From assembly GCA_051294375.1 (NCBI GenBank), contig CM119268.1, positions 12,841,770 to 12,905,769 on the forward strand: a stretch of DNA of 64,000 bases. The letters run 5' to 3'. This document shows positions 38,701 through 52,056 of the stretch, in pieces. The stretch is from Paraspadella gotoi. Its lineage: Eukaryota > Animalia > Chaetognatha. A program made the position numbers and the translations under genes. The notes below the pieces were generated by a model, which worked only from the letters and a program-made list of their open reading frames with translations, made no database searches and was not told the origin of the DNA. Position 1 is the first letter of the stretch, and each line of letters begins with the position of its first letter.

Positions 38701-40943
38701 GATCTGTTATGATCGATTAATATCACTAATTGAAAGAATTAATGCGACTTATCTGATTAGCTGATTATCACTAAATTATCGTAGGCAGATCCAACATCGT
38801 TTGCTCACTCGTTATATATATATATATTGTTATATGCAAATGAGATTAAGGAATTCTTTTCTTATTTTTCAAATTTTTTTTATTATTTATTTTTTAATAA
38901 ACGCGTCGTAACACCGTGAAATTGCATGTTCTTGTTTTCTCGTTTTTAGTTGCGCCGCGAATCCCTTTTGGGTCGGTCGGTCGGTCTTACTTACGTTTTA
39001 CCTGTCCATAGCTTAGAAAGTTAATGTGCATATGCATCATTTTTGTAAATTCACGTGATCACTTTAGTTGATAATTGGCTGACTCCTAAGTTGTGAGTAA
39101 ATGCTTCTTGTGCCTATCTCTACCGAGAGAATTTTGTTAATTTTGTTTGACCGTTTTACAGTATGTTCGCGTTTCGTGGGCGTCAGAGCTCAGTGGAAAG
39201 CTGGAGTCGGTTCAATCAACCGACAAATGTCCACAGCACGGACAAAAACAACTCTGCAACTTTTGCGTTGACTGCCAGGTTACAATTTGCGTAGATTGTT
39301 GGACGGAAACGCATCAAGATCACAAGATTAGGTTGTTTTTTCTTCTCAAAATCCCCAACATTATTATCCTTCGAGAAGACTAATTATATAAATTTATCGT
39401 AGTCCCTTGGAGGCCGTATACAATCGTGTACATGCAAAAGTGTCTGAAGCAGTGGGCCCTCTTAAGGAGAAGAGGGCCCAACTAGTGACTTTGCTGCAAC
39501 CGCTTCGAACCGATATGAAGCATCTGAATCAGGTCAAGACAGAGGCCGAGCGAATGATGAAAGACATGATGAGAGACATGCACGCGTCTTTCTACAACTC
39601 ATTACACAGCGTCGATATTCCAAAAGTTAGTTCACTGATTTTCACAATTATTTGGTATACAACGGTTTATGAAACTAAGGCGAATTCTATTACTTTCAGG
39701 AGTTTAATTTTTTACGATCCTGTATAGACCGTCTTGATAAAAACATCGACGCCATGAACTCGGCAATTAGTAATAAAGCGATGAACAGAATCGTTGACAA
39801 ACGGGAGGCATTGGAAAATGTTCATGCTCTGTCCGAGGTAAAAATTCATTTAAAACTATAAATTAATGAGTTATGTATATTGTATATCTATCTATCAATG
39901 GTCCATGAATAATGAGTAATGTTGTAAATTTCCATTGTAGACCGAAGAGTCAAATATGGAAAAAATTAAAAACTGCTACAAACCGGCCAAACTCGATCCT
40001 CTGCAATTCCTCAAAGGATGGACTCCTGTTTGGGATATTCGGGAGAAAGTCTTTATACGAGATTGCAAAAGGTGTTTGACATATTTTTATATATTTGTTT
40101 TGAATCATCTTATTATTTTTTTTTTCATACCAATTTATCAGGACGTTCTACGAATCAAAAAAAAGTCGCCCTCGACGAATTGTTGCTAAATTTGAAGTGA
40201 ACGACATTATATGGAGCGTCGGTTGGTCTTTTCATCTTTTTCTGTCTTGTTATTTTTCCTAACATCTGGATAATTTTTTCAGGAACAGTTTCCTTAGAAG
40301 ACGAGGTTGAAATTGAGTTTCCCGACTCCTTAAGAATTTTCGTTGTCATGAACGGTTAGCTTTGATTACTAGAATTCGTTTCTCAATCTTGTCTTTAAGT
40401 TTACCACGAATAAGTTGCTTAGCCAGGTCGTCCGAGTTTGAAGGATTACGAATTTGCGATCGAGTCGTTGCATGAGAGCGACTCGGTCTCCCCACCACGC
40501 CATTCCGTAATTCGTCGGGACTCATTCCAGGAGAACGAGGAGATATTTTTTGCTCTCGAAAACCCGAAGAGGTACAATCACAATGCATTTAGAATGTTGA
40601 TGTTATTAGTGTCCTTCCGACTTTTTTTTATTTAAGCTGGGTGAATGAAAAGCGCGACATGTCCTTCAACGTGATGATTCGTCCTTTGACATATCGTCAA
40701 AAGTCGCTCGACCAGGCAGTGTATATTCAAAAGTTGGTCGACGAAAGGACGGCGAGAAACAACGCCGCCAATCGTGCCGACAACTGCCCCGTTCGAACTT
40801 CATTGTCTGAGAGCCTTGAAGCCGTGTCATCTTCAGCGGGAAATTCCAAATCCGCCCAATCGGGACGGTTGCCTTGGACTGAAAACGAAAAAGAGAAAGT
40901 CGAAACGAGAAGCTTCAGAAGAAAAATAAGGCGTCTTGAATAA
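35799..40943 (+). CDS. TRIM37-like E3 ligase (RING, B-box, coiled coil, degenerate MATH-like region)
   Basis: RING FACTVCF...PRLCPKCAKFFCRNCL...CPHCRANL resembles TRIM37. B-box CPQHGQKQLCNFCVDCQVTICVDC...HQDH. C-terminal IRPLTYRQKSLDQAVYIQKL resembles the TRIM37 post-MATH motif. Confidence 0.75.
36731..38812 (+). mobile_element. Helentron/DINE-like family A copy (expanded by nested insertions) in a TRIM37-like intron
   Basis: 5' gtcggatctgcttataagcagattccgac...cactttgtcgg...tagatcatatcagaacatcaaattatgataaattatg and 3' aaattatcgtaggcagatccaacatcgtttgctc, as in 8661-9308. Confidence 0.75.
37117..37671. mobile_element. hAT-type MITE nested in the family A element
   Basis: Termini taaggcgg...ccgcccta, subterminal inverted taagagttctgtaa/ttacagaactctta and an 8-bp target-site duplication GTATACGT at 37109-37116 and 37672-37679. 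Confidence 0.8.
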
Positions 40944-41291
40944 CTTCGCCCTGTATGTTAACCTAATGCAATTAGTATAAAGTCAAAGTTTTTGATGTTA
41001 GAATATTTTATCAATACTTGATATAGTTTTCAAATAAGTTAAAACGTCATTTTTGTGATAACTTATCCTTTTATAAATAAAATTCCGGTATTCGCTTTTT
41101 TGCTTCGTTTGACCAAAGCCTAGTCGAACCATTTGTGATATTTTAAGACGATCGGGACGAATTGTCTTAATTGTGTCGAGGTTCCCGTTTATGTTTTGTG
41201 AATAAAGCCAATTGATGTAACGACATCGTCATCTTTTTATTTTGATAATATAGTTTAAACTGACTTAATAGAAATACTACTTCTAAAAATT

Positions 41292-42120
41292 ATGACTTCT
41301 CTGGAGCGCGTCGGGGGTGGCTCTCCAGTCTCTCGTTCTTCGTCATCTGGCGTAGACTCTAGCTCCGTCGGCGACATTTTCAAGGCCGCCGGCGTTGCCT
41401 TTCAACGTTTGGGAGAGTTGACCAACTCTTTGCACGACCAGAACGAATCTCGCTCCAACAACAGGTTCCAGCGAAAATAAAGAGGGCGAATTTAAATAAT
41501 TTTAAATATAGCCGTCGTTTTTTTATAATTTTTCTCACCATTCTCCCTGAAGCAAATGGACAGAGACGGAAGTCGCCTTCTTCCGCGCGTCCCTTCATCG
41601 ATTTTCCTCCGATCTGCTCGCGCTCTCATCGCACGTCCGTCGGAAGACGGAGGAGCAGATGAAAGTTTCTTGCAAGCGAAAGGCTTACGAGGTTTCTTTC
41701 TTTTTTTTTTTCAATCTGTCTCTTTCATCTCTATCATCTATGGTTTTATAATATATTATAATATTTTTCGTAACTTGAACAGGATGCTGGCGTTTCCTCG
41801 GAGAAGGCTTGCGCCTATGCCGCCCAAACGGTTAAAGCTAGTTCGAAGCCAGAAAATTTAAGAATCTCCAGCGGCGACTACACGCTCAGTAATTCTATCT
41901 CATGAGGCTTTAGAAAATAAACGCCGCATCTTGAGTTCATTATTTTTCTCGCTTAGTGACGCCTACGAAAAAATCAAAAATCGATGACATGCCCTTGTTA
42001 ATAGACGATAAGCCGGAGCGCGTAAATGTCAGCGAGGATGAATTAGATAGCGCTCCTCATGATGAAGATGTCGAAGACTATCTTGAAGAAAACGGTCTTG
42101 GACCAACGGTTATTCAATAG
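41292..42120 (+). CDS. BAP18: Chromatin complexes subunit BAP18 (C17orf49 homolog)
   Basis: VGDIFKAAGVAFQRLGELTNSLH...KWTETEVAFFRASLHRFSSDL...KRKAYE parallels BAP18 (VGEIFSAAGAAFTKLGELTMQLH...KWTETE). Confidence 0.88.
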
Positions 42121-42282
42121 TTTTTCTATTTTTCTATTTCTGTGCGTGTACCTCCTTTACTTAATTTAATAGATACTTTTAGCTCTTTTTCTGTTGTTTA
42201 TTTAGATTTTTGTTTTTCTTTCTAATAGAATTTATTTCCTCTGCATCGTGAGAAAGATCAATAACGTCTTGGTTACTCCGTC

Positions 42283-44814
42283 ATGTTTGTTCTTGCTCAT
42301 ATGACGGACGTTGTTCGAACTTACCCCAATGACTTTGGGATGAAGCTAAATGACGCCATAACGGACGAATTGAATCGGTAAGAAAAGGAATCGGTCAAAT
42401 TCGAAAACTGATGTCGCCAAAACGATCGTCACTCGTTTTCAATCGATTTTCTTAGGAAACTTGGCAACAAGGTTGTTTATAATGTTGGGCTCTGTTTGCT
42501 TCTTTACGATACGTTGAAAATCGAGGAAAGGTAACGTCGACACTGTGTGGATCATTATTCAATATTCATTGTTTCTTGCCAAATAAACGCAATTGGGTTT
42601 TTTTTCTTATCTCGCCCATCATGGGCGAGATATTAGTTCGCTTCTGCTTCTTTGTGACCGTCATCGTTGCCGTTACGTTTTTTTTATAATTGGATATTGT
42701 AAAAATGTGTAATTAGAGGAAGCTAAAATATAATACTGCAATATGCAAATTAGTATATAGTACTATATTATAATTTGCATAATACATATTGCATTAAGTT
42801 ATAATGAAAAAGAAATTCGTATAAAAAATATTTGAATCAATATGAAACATGTGATTTTATTATCATTAATAATAACATATAAAAATAAATATATTTTCTT
42901 AATTTCGCAATAAAAAGAGATTAAATACAAAATAAAAATGCATATTTTTATAACTTCTAATTGTAAACAATTATAATAATTTTTAATTGTAAATAATTAT
43001 AATATTTTTTTATCTTTTTTTTATTTTTTTTTTTATTTACGATGAATGATTCATCGTGCCGATTAATGATTATAATAGCATAATTTGGTTATCATCGCTT
43101 CAATATTTGGTTATCATTATATTATTTTTTGGTTATCATCGTATCAATTTTTGGTTATCATCGCATCAATATTTGGTTATCATTTCATCAATAATCAATT
43201 ACAATCACATCCATAAATTACTATTATATCAATCAATTATTATTATCGCATCAATCGTTTTGTTTTCCGGATTTTTTCATTAATTTTTTTTATAGTAACG
43301 TCTGGCGAGATCACTATACTTTTAAGAATTTTTTTTTTAGTTTTATCTTTCCAGGGGATGGGTCCAGTCACACCAAAGTCTCTTTTAGATTCATTGTCTT
43401 TCGGCCCTTCATCGACGAGGTTCTCGTGGGCGTCGTTAAATCCTGCAACAGCGAAGGTTTGATTTAAAATAAGTTTGTTTTTTTTTAGTTTGGTTTGATT
43501 TCATATTAAGTATTAACTCTACTTTTAATTTGTTATTGCTGCATTTTAACCCCAAAATTTCACCCGGCATGAAAGCATAATGAAAGTATCCGCAGTATAT
43601 ATATAAGTATATATTATATAAGCTACTATATATATACTATATAAGCTACTACCAGGCCCAAACGATAAAATTGTCGAGTGACTGACAGAATAGTAGATTG
43701 ATAAATGATAAATTGACAGAGACTATCGATAATAACGTGGATGCATACATTTAAATTGATCTGCATTGTACATATCCTGATATGCTTGAAAAGCTGGAAC
43801 CTTCGATCAGAAAAATGAGATAAAAATGTATCAAAGACTTTTACCCCCCTAAAAAAAATTATGCCTCTTATCATCAAAGTCAAAGCTAACTAGAATTCTT
43901 TGCTAGTTACTTGACTCGTACCCTTGCTGTTTATGTAAAAAGATTCGATTAAGATACAGTTAAGTACAAAACTAATGGTCATGATATACAAACATAAAAG
44001 TATAAGAAAATTCTGCCTCCAGCTATTTTTTATCATTAACAGAAGTTTTAACTTATTTAAAGTGAGAAATAACATTTATTAACATATTAAAAATCAACTT
44101 ATTCTTAATATAAAAAAAGTGCTGGACTCCAAACACTGTCACCAAACTTGGTCAAAGCTAAGTATATATTTTTAGCTGCGAATTTTTTTTTAAGCAAAGT
44201 TTCATATTTGAGAAAGATTTATAGTTTAAAAATTAATACCCTGAAATATTCCATATAATTTAATCTATTGTGCACTATTTAAATCTACTTTCGTCAATTA
44301 AAAATTGCCTACTTTTATTCAGTTAACTACTAAGTAAACCAAAAAAATTGTCTATTAGTATTACCTACTTAAGAAAATATCTTTACTTAGGCGTCTTCGT
44401 TTCCATGGACTTTTTTGACGACATCTTTATCCCGGGAAACCGTCTTCAAGCTCCCTCCAAGTTTGACGAAAATGAGCAGCTATGGTTTTGGGAATATGAA
44501 AACGATGAGGGCAAACATCCTCTTTACATGGAACTAGGTGAACGGTCCATCTTTAAGATGAGAAGTTTCTTTTGCCTCGATGTTCCTGGTTTTTGCAACT
44601 TTTGTTTCCGATCGAAGGGGAAAAGATTCGATTTCGAGTCATCTCGGAAACCTTCGTCGACACTTCGCCCACAGGACCAACGGAAACATCGGTTTCTGAA
44701 ACTGCGAGCGACTCCGCTTCCACGGAAGCGAAAAAGGCTGATTGCAAAGTTCCTTACTCTATCACGGCGTCCGTTAGCGAACCCGGGCTCGGTTTATTGT
44801 CGTGGTGGACTTAG
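42283..44814 (+). CDS. POLR3H: DNA-directed RNA polymerase III subunit RPC8/RPC25
   Basis: [12 protein letters not shown]...[49 protein letters not shown] and GLGLLSWW. Confidence 0.96.
42608..43330 (+). mobile_element. Helentron/DINE-like family B copy in a POLR3H intron
   Basis: 5' hairpin tatctcgccca-tca-tgggcgagata, internal ttggttatcatcgcatcaat units and 3' tagtaacgtctggcgagatcactatacttttaagaattt. Confidence 0.75.
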
Positions 44815-45106
44815 TGTCTCTTATTCAAAATTAATGTTATGTTTTTTGATTTTGTTATCTTATTTAGTTTATTTTTTCAGCATATGAATGAAAAATGTTT
44901 TTTGATTGTAAATAAATGGATTTACGCTTTTAACTCGGAATTCGTCCATCACGAACGTACACGTACGTACTAAGTAAAAGCGAGACTGGTCGCTATTGTT
45001 CAAAAACTTTTTCACTTCGTTCGCTCGTCTCATGTTTCTCCGATCAGTCTCGTCCGTATGAGTCGCTTATAATCTAAGATCGTCCGCCGCGACGTCGTCA
45101 ACGAAG

Positions 45107-48100
45107 ATGGACTGCCCTCACATCGAGAAGGCGGCGTTGATCCAGCACCTCCCGGAACCGACATCTACTGGTATTATCGCCGTTCCCGCCGCGGATGACG
45201 TCCCCGACAGCGAGGGACAATCCTCCTCCGAACTTTCGTCCTATGAAGGAAACACTTCGCATCCCGTTTGGCTGTGTAAAACTTGCAGTACCGAGCAGAG
45301 CCCGTGGCTCTGTCTCTCGTGCGGGTCTATTGGATGCGGGCGTTACGTCAAGGCGCACGCCAAGCAACATTTCCACGGTAATTATCCTCGTTTAGGTCAT
45401 TTCTCATCCCTTGGCTTTTTTTTTTTATTTTCCCGGATCTTTTTCCTTTATTCACTTTTTTCTCAACAGAATCGACGTCTCACAGCGTCTGTCTGGAGAT
45501 TCATTCTTTGGCCGCCTTTTGCTACGCGTGCGACGAATTCGTTGCAAACGACTCGCCTGCGCGCCATCTCGAGAGTCTTAGACGACAGATCAGGAGGCGG
45601 GACGGCGAAGCGGACGAGGTGTCCGTCGAGGAGGAATCCCCTTCGGAAGAAATTGCTCGCGGAGGCTCTTTTCCTCCGGGCGAATCGGCCGCCGCCGCCG
45701 CAGCTTCTGAATCATTTTCCTATTTGTCGGCCACACCTGGTGGGTCGACGACGACGCGGCGCCGATCTCACGGCGTTCGCGAAAACGGCGTCACCCTCGG
45801 CGCTTCCTCTCCCGCTGCTCGACGGCGATCCAGTAGAATTTTGGAGAAACTCGGGCCGGAAAAGCGTCGATCGGAAAGGATATGCGAAAGAAACTCGAAG
45901 GGAAAAGCTAAAAATAGGAGGAAAGACGGCGGGAAAAACAAATCCGTTTTATCGAACGAAGGAACGACTACCCCGCGCTCGGAGTTGGCCGGGCGAAAAC
46001 GGGATCGCCGATCGGTTTCTGTCGAGGTTAGATTAAATTCTGAAAAAGTTACATCTTAATTGAAGCTCACTCTTTCTTTACTCACCAGACCAATTTAGAG
46101 CCGAAGAAACCTAAGCGCTTTAACGGCGACTCGCAACGGCGGCGTCGATCCAAAACTCGGGTTAACGACGAAGCGACAGGAAATTCCTCCGTCGGTGCCT
46201 ACGGATTGATTCTCGACTCGAAGACGAAGTCGTCGTCGTCGTCTTCCGCGTCTACGGCTTCGTCGTCATCGTCGTCATCGTCGCTTCGCAACAAGGCTCT
46301 CTCTCAGGCCTCCAACGGGACGTCTTCGCGCTCGTCCACGCCGACGAACAAAGGACACGCCCATCAAAACGGAAACCTGGTCAACATTTCCGGGTTGAGA
46401 AATCTGGGAAACACGTGTTTCATGAACGCTGTCTTGCAATCGCTTAGCAACATTCAACAATTCTGTGGCTATATGAAGGTAAAATACATAAAATATAATA
46501 AAAAAATGTATAGGATGGTGAGGCAAAACGATACTTTTTATGGCTTTTATCTCTTTTATTTTATTTTTTCATTATCGGGAATAATTTTTAGGGTCTCCCC
46601 GAGCTTAGTCTCGCCAAGAAGGTGAACGGAAAAAAGAAACCCGAGGCCGTGACGACTCGTTACACGCAACCTAAGAAGAACGGAGAGCGAGACGGCGACG
46701 ACTTGCTTCTGGCCGAAGAGCTGAGAAAAACTCTCGTAGCTTTGTGGCAGGGCGACAAAACTACCATTTCCCCTCAATCCCTATTTCAGGTGGGGGAAAG
46801 AACTTTGGCTGAGACTGAGGGACGAGAGTTGTTTCAGTCTTTTCAGTATTTTATTTTTCCAGGTGGTATGGCGAGTGGTACCTCAGTTTCGCGGCTACCA
46901 ACAGCAAGACGCCCACGAATTCATGCGGTATCTGCTAGACCGACTTCACTCGGAACTTCTGCAGCGGATACCGTTGCCGTCCACCTACGGCAAGTCAACG
47001 TCGCCGCGAAGGAAAAAAGTAAGCATATAGCTCAAATTCATATGATTCAAGTATGTGATATATCATACTTGACGCTTTTTGTCTATACTTCTCTCCTCAT
47101 TTAAGATGTTGCTTCTAAAGAATTCCTCCTCTTCCTCATCAACCGGCTCGACGGACGCCGACGCAGAGTCGTGGCTTTCGTCGGCCATCAAGTCGCGCTC
47201 GACCGTCGTCTCCCTCGTCTTCGGCGGTGTCCTGCAGAACGAGGTTAACTGCCTCGACTGCGGTCTCGAGTCCAAAAAGCACGACCCTTTTCTCGATCTC
47301 TCCCTCGACATTCCCGCCAAGTTCCTCGCCAAGGTACGCTTTTGCGCGGGTAAGGAAAAAATTGAATGATTTGAAAGTCTTTTTTTTTTCTTTTCAGGGC
47401 TCAAAAACGAACGGGTCGCGAGGAAGCGGAAGGGGTGGTTCGCTGGAGGCTTTGTACAGTGGATCGGCTGAGTCGGCCAATCAAAGAAGGAACGGTCACG
47501 GGGGCGTCGTCGTATCCCGGGAGAAAACGCCCGTACCGAAGTCCGGGGATACGGCGTCTGAAGCGTCCTCCGCGCCCTCTTTGAATGGCGGCGACGCGGC
47601 CTCCGCCAACGCTGACCTTTCTCAATTCGAGTCCGGCCACATGTCCGACTCCTTAGGGTGAATGAATGAAAATGCTTTTTTGTCGTAGTTTACTAATTCA
47701 AGAACGATAATGTTTTTCCCCCCTCCCAGATCGTCGATTCCGAATTTAGTTTCGGATTCCCAATCGTCATTAAATTCCGCTGTAAACGTCTCCTCCCAAA
47801 ATACATCCTCCCACGCCAGCTCCTCCTCTTCCTCCTCCCCTAGAACCTGCACGTTGGCCGACTGCTTTGAGTCCTTCATCGCTCTGGAGCATTTGAGCGA
47901 CTCGGAGCTCTATTTTTGCCCCTCTTGCAAGAAAAGGCAGAGATCTACAAAAAAGTTCTGGGTAATTAGAGGACGAAATACTGGAAAATAAAAAAAAATG
48001 TTTACTATAAAAAAACAATAGAACGAGGTGTAAAAGAAGTGGAAATTTCACCCTCAATAATAACGAATCATAAATAACCTTAATCCCATACATCCCCTAA

Positions 48101-49644
48101 CATCCCTCTCCTCATTACATTATAAAAGAATATAAAGAATATAATTAAATGTAATATATAGTGAAATATATTAAATTTTTATATTTATTTTTAAATTTAA
48201 TCCAATATAGGGTAGTGCGGGGTAATTCAGAACAGGGGTTTTCCGGAACACTGACATATATAATGAAAAAAAATAATTGTGTACTAATCTTTAATAACTT
48301 TTTTTGGTTCATTAAATATTTCACCAACTTGACAGCAGAAATTGCAAAGTTGCTAGTCAAATTTTGTAGTCGTTTTAAAGTAGTCGTTTTAAAGCCTCTG
48401 TCACAGTCATATTTGACGTTATATGATTATGGAATATTATTATATGATAGACGAGACTACTAATTTTTAGTCGGATCTGCTTGTCAGCAGATCCCGACTT
48501 TATAATTCACTTTGTCGATCCTCATTCGCTTACATCATGTCAGAACATCGAATTATGATAAATTATGCAAAAAAACCGATGTCCGTCCGTCTGTCCGTCC
48601 GTCCCACCTTAGCAAAAAAAACCTGTTTCACTAATTGATTATGCTTCTTTTTCTTTTTATATTAAATGTAAATGCAAGATGTAGTAATAAAATCAAATAA
48701 TTAATCAGTTAATTAATCAATTTATTAATAAATAATGAATTAATCGGTCAATTAATAAATCAATTAATTATTCAATCAATCAATTTATTTAGTTATCTAT
48801 TAAGTATTTATTCAATCAATCAATTTATTTATAAATTAATTAATTATTTAATAAAATTATTATATAAAACGGAACACTTCGCAATTTTTAAAAAAAATGC
48901 TACCCCAAGGGGCAGCAGGATAAAAACGAATACATCAATCTGAAGCGGGGACACTTTCCTAGATATATTACCTGAAAATTTTTTTTGTCAAATATATTTA
49001 CTATGCGAAAAACTTGATTACTTACAAAAGTGTTCCGAATTTCCCCGCACTACCCTATTAAAACAAATAATCTTGAAATTTTTCATATGCAAAAGAGGAA
49101 AAAAAACTTGTTTAGGTTCGTCGTGCACCGTCCGTACTTTGTGTACACCTCAAGAGGTTTCGCTGGGCCAATTTCTGTCGACAAAAGATCGACACTTTCG
49201 TGGATTTTCCCATTCGCGTAAGCCTCTCTTAAGAGCGAATAGTAATATTTTTTAACCTTAAATAACAAGGATTCTTTTTTTTTTTTCGGCTAGGGCCTCG
49301 ACCTCAGTGATTACATGTTACATAATTTGCACGGAACGCGAGGATCAGGACGCGATAATGTCTACGATCTCGCCGCTGTTATTGTTCACCACGGGTTAGT
49401 TTTTTTAACGAAAAGAAAAACGAGCTCATGCACGTATATAAATGTTTGTAGATTGTGACTTATGTTTTTTTCGTTAATTATCCAAAGTTCCGGAGTCGGA
49501 TGCGGTCACTACACGGCCTACGCTACGCACGAAGGACGATGGTTCCACTTTAACGATTCCACTGTTTCTCCGACCGACGACGCGACCGTCGCCAAGTGCA
49601 AAGCCTATATCCTCTTTTACATCAAGCGAGAAGAAAAAGATTGA
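45107..49644 (+). CDS. USP3: Ubiquitin carboxyl-terminal hydrolase 3
   Basis: ZnF-UBP (MDCPH; [23 protein letters not shown]), Cys box [45 protein letters not shown] and His box [28 protein letters not shown]. Confidence 0.93.
48210..49055. mobile_element. TA-flanked MITE with ~25-bp TIRs, containing a nested family A fragment (~48470-48620)
   Basis: Left ta|gggtagtgcggggtaattcagaaca matches right tgttccgaatttccccgcactaccc|ta with 2 mismatches. Confidence 0.8.
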
Positions 49645-50276
49645 TGGCAGAATATGATTGATAGTCCGAGCTTTTGCGCGCGTATGTTGAAAAGGGTTTT
49701 GTTGTGGCACCTTACGCCCTTAAAACCCAATTCGTTAACTAGAACTCACAATTAGAAAAAAAAAAGTGGTACCCTTTTAGAAAATAGTGGTACTCTAACA
49801 AAAAAGAGCGAGGTTCACGCCTATTCCGTTGATGTTCAGTTTTTATAAAACTGACTTTTTTACCCGAAAATTTAGATTTTGAAAAAAAATCTAGTATCCT
49901 TTTTTTTTAATGTTTCGTAAAATTAATAAGAGATACATCACATATTAATTTTCAATTTGATTTGAAATTATTAACAGTAGTTAATTTTTAGTTTTATTAA
50001 TTTTTTCAATTATAGTGTAGTCCCGTATTTTTTTTAAATTAATCTTTTTTTTTTAAAACGTAATGTCAATTCATTTTGAAATAAATAAGTTTATATTGAT
50101 ATACAATTATTTGTTAGGGTGGTTGTTCATATAATTTTTTTTTAAGTTGTGGTAAAAACTTTTTTATAATAGGTAAATAGTAAAAAGTTTTTCTATATGA
50201 TTAGCATTCATTTCTTGGGATAAATTAAACTTTCTTTCATGGCTGATTGAAGTATTTTTTAAAAAATAATTAACTA

Positions 50277-51562
50277 CAGTGTGTCCCAATATATAATAAT
50301 GGCTTACTGCTCTTAAACCAGATCGAAAAACTTGAATTAATTATCATGAATAAGCGCGAAAGTATATGGACAATTTTATAAGATACCTAAGGTTTAAAAA
50401 TTGAACAAAAATTTAACAAAGCAAACAGACTGAGAGTTTTGATTGAAAGCTTGCAGGGACCTGCTATGTCATTATCTTGTAAGAGTGATTGAGGCTTTAA
50501 TCCACCAAAGCCTGTCCAAAGTCAGTGCAAGATAGCTTATTTATTAAATGAATAAATAATTTTTTTATTGGTTATACCAATTTTATAAAGTAATTGTTAA
50601 AACAAATTTTCAAAGAATTTTTAATAACACTTTTTAAATTATATATTTTTAATATTTATAAATACTTTTAATAATATTAATTAAATAATTTTTTTAATCG
50701 ATTCTTGAAATGCCCGACAGTAAGAAACAACCTTATAGTTTTAGCTATAGAGCTTTTAAAATGCAGTATTCATTCTTTTAAAAATTATTTATTTACCTTG
50801 TTCATGTTATTTTATTAATCGATTTAATATAAATTTATTAAATATATGGTGTGGCGACTCTTATTTTAGGCAAAAAATAAGAAGACATTTTCGCGATCAA
50901 ATATTTACATGTAATGGTTCAAAAACCATGGCAAACAAATAAAGTAAAAAGCATAACAAAGGAAATATAACAATAACAACAATAACGAATAATTACAGAA
51001 TTAGCGTTTGTAACGCTCAATAGTAGGTAAACGGTTACGTGGGTGAGGAACTTTCCTCCACTAAATGGTTGAGTGGTGAGATTCACCAGTGGTGAATGGT
51101 AAGGTCTCCGTCGTCGGTTTGTCGTCGTCTTTGTCGTCGTCTTCGTCATTTGGGTCGCTACAATCGCTTCTTCTTCACAACTTCAATGGAATTTAAATAA
51201 TAAAATATTTAGTTTTTTATTTATTTTAATTTTTTTAATATATACATATTTTTATGCAATTATTTTATACAAAATTAAAATTTGAATAATTTATATTCTT
51301 TTAAAATATTATATAACATAATATATATTGGTTGTACCAATTTCATAATATATATATTATATATTATGACATAATATTACATAATATTATTTAATAAATG
51401 TTTTTTTTTTAAATAAAAAAATAATCTAAAAAAAAAATGTGAAAAACTAGGATTCATTTAAATTGAATAAAAATTGATAAAAAGATATTCGAAATATAGT
51501 ATCCTAAATGGTAAGAACTTAACAACACAGTTAGTTAAGGGCACTACCATTTGGACACACTG
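50277..51562. mobile_element. Tc1/mariner-type non-autonomous element (intergenic)
   Basis: ta|cagtgtgtcccaat ... atttggacacactg|ta gives CAGT-starting TIRs and a TA duplication. The interior contains family C sequence. Confidence 0.7.
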
Positions 51563-52056
51563 TAATTAATAAAGAATAATATATGCAAAATAATAAAAAT
51601 ATAAATAAATAAAAGATAGTGAAACAAGTAATTTTGCGACTTTGATATGCAAAATTATGTTTAAAACTTGTTTCACCGAAATTTGTATAATAATAATGAT
51701 GAAGGTAAATTAAAAGCTAGTTTTTAATAATTTTATTAAAATTAATAATCTACAAAAATTAACCGACTCCCGAGTTTAATTTGACCGAAGATTTTCTCAT
51801 TAGCAAAACATGTAATGATATTTTCCCAAATACTTTCACGACCCTTCGAATGGCCACCCTATAATATACGTATGCCACTTGCTAAAATAAAAACAATGTC
51901 ATTGTATCAATGATTGAATGTGAACCTGTCTCTAAATTTGTAATTGGTCTCTTGTTACTGAAGCAAACTTCTCCGACGGAACAATAATTGAAATGGAAAA
52001 CTACTGACGGTTGCCGCCAAACGCACTCAGTCCGTGTATCAAAAAGTTATCCTGTC

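Noticed and set aside
50115-51860. Outer tagggtgg...ccacccta inverted pair as another hAT element
   Set aside because: Only 8 bp match and the flanks show no 8-bp TSD, which is not enough support.
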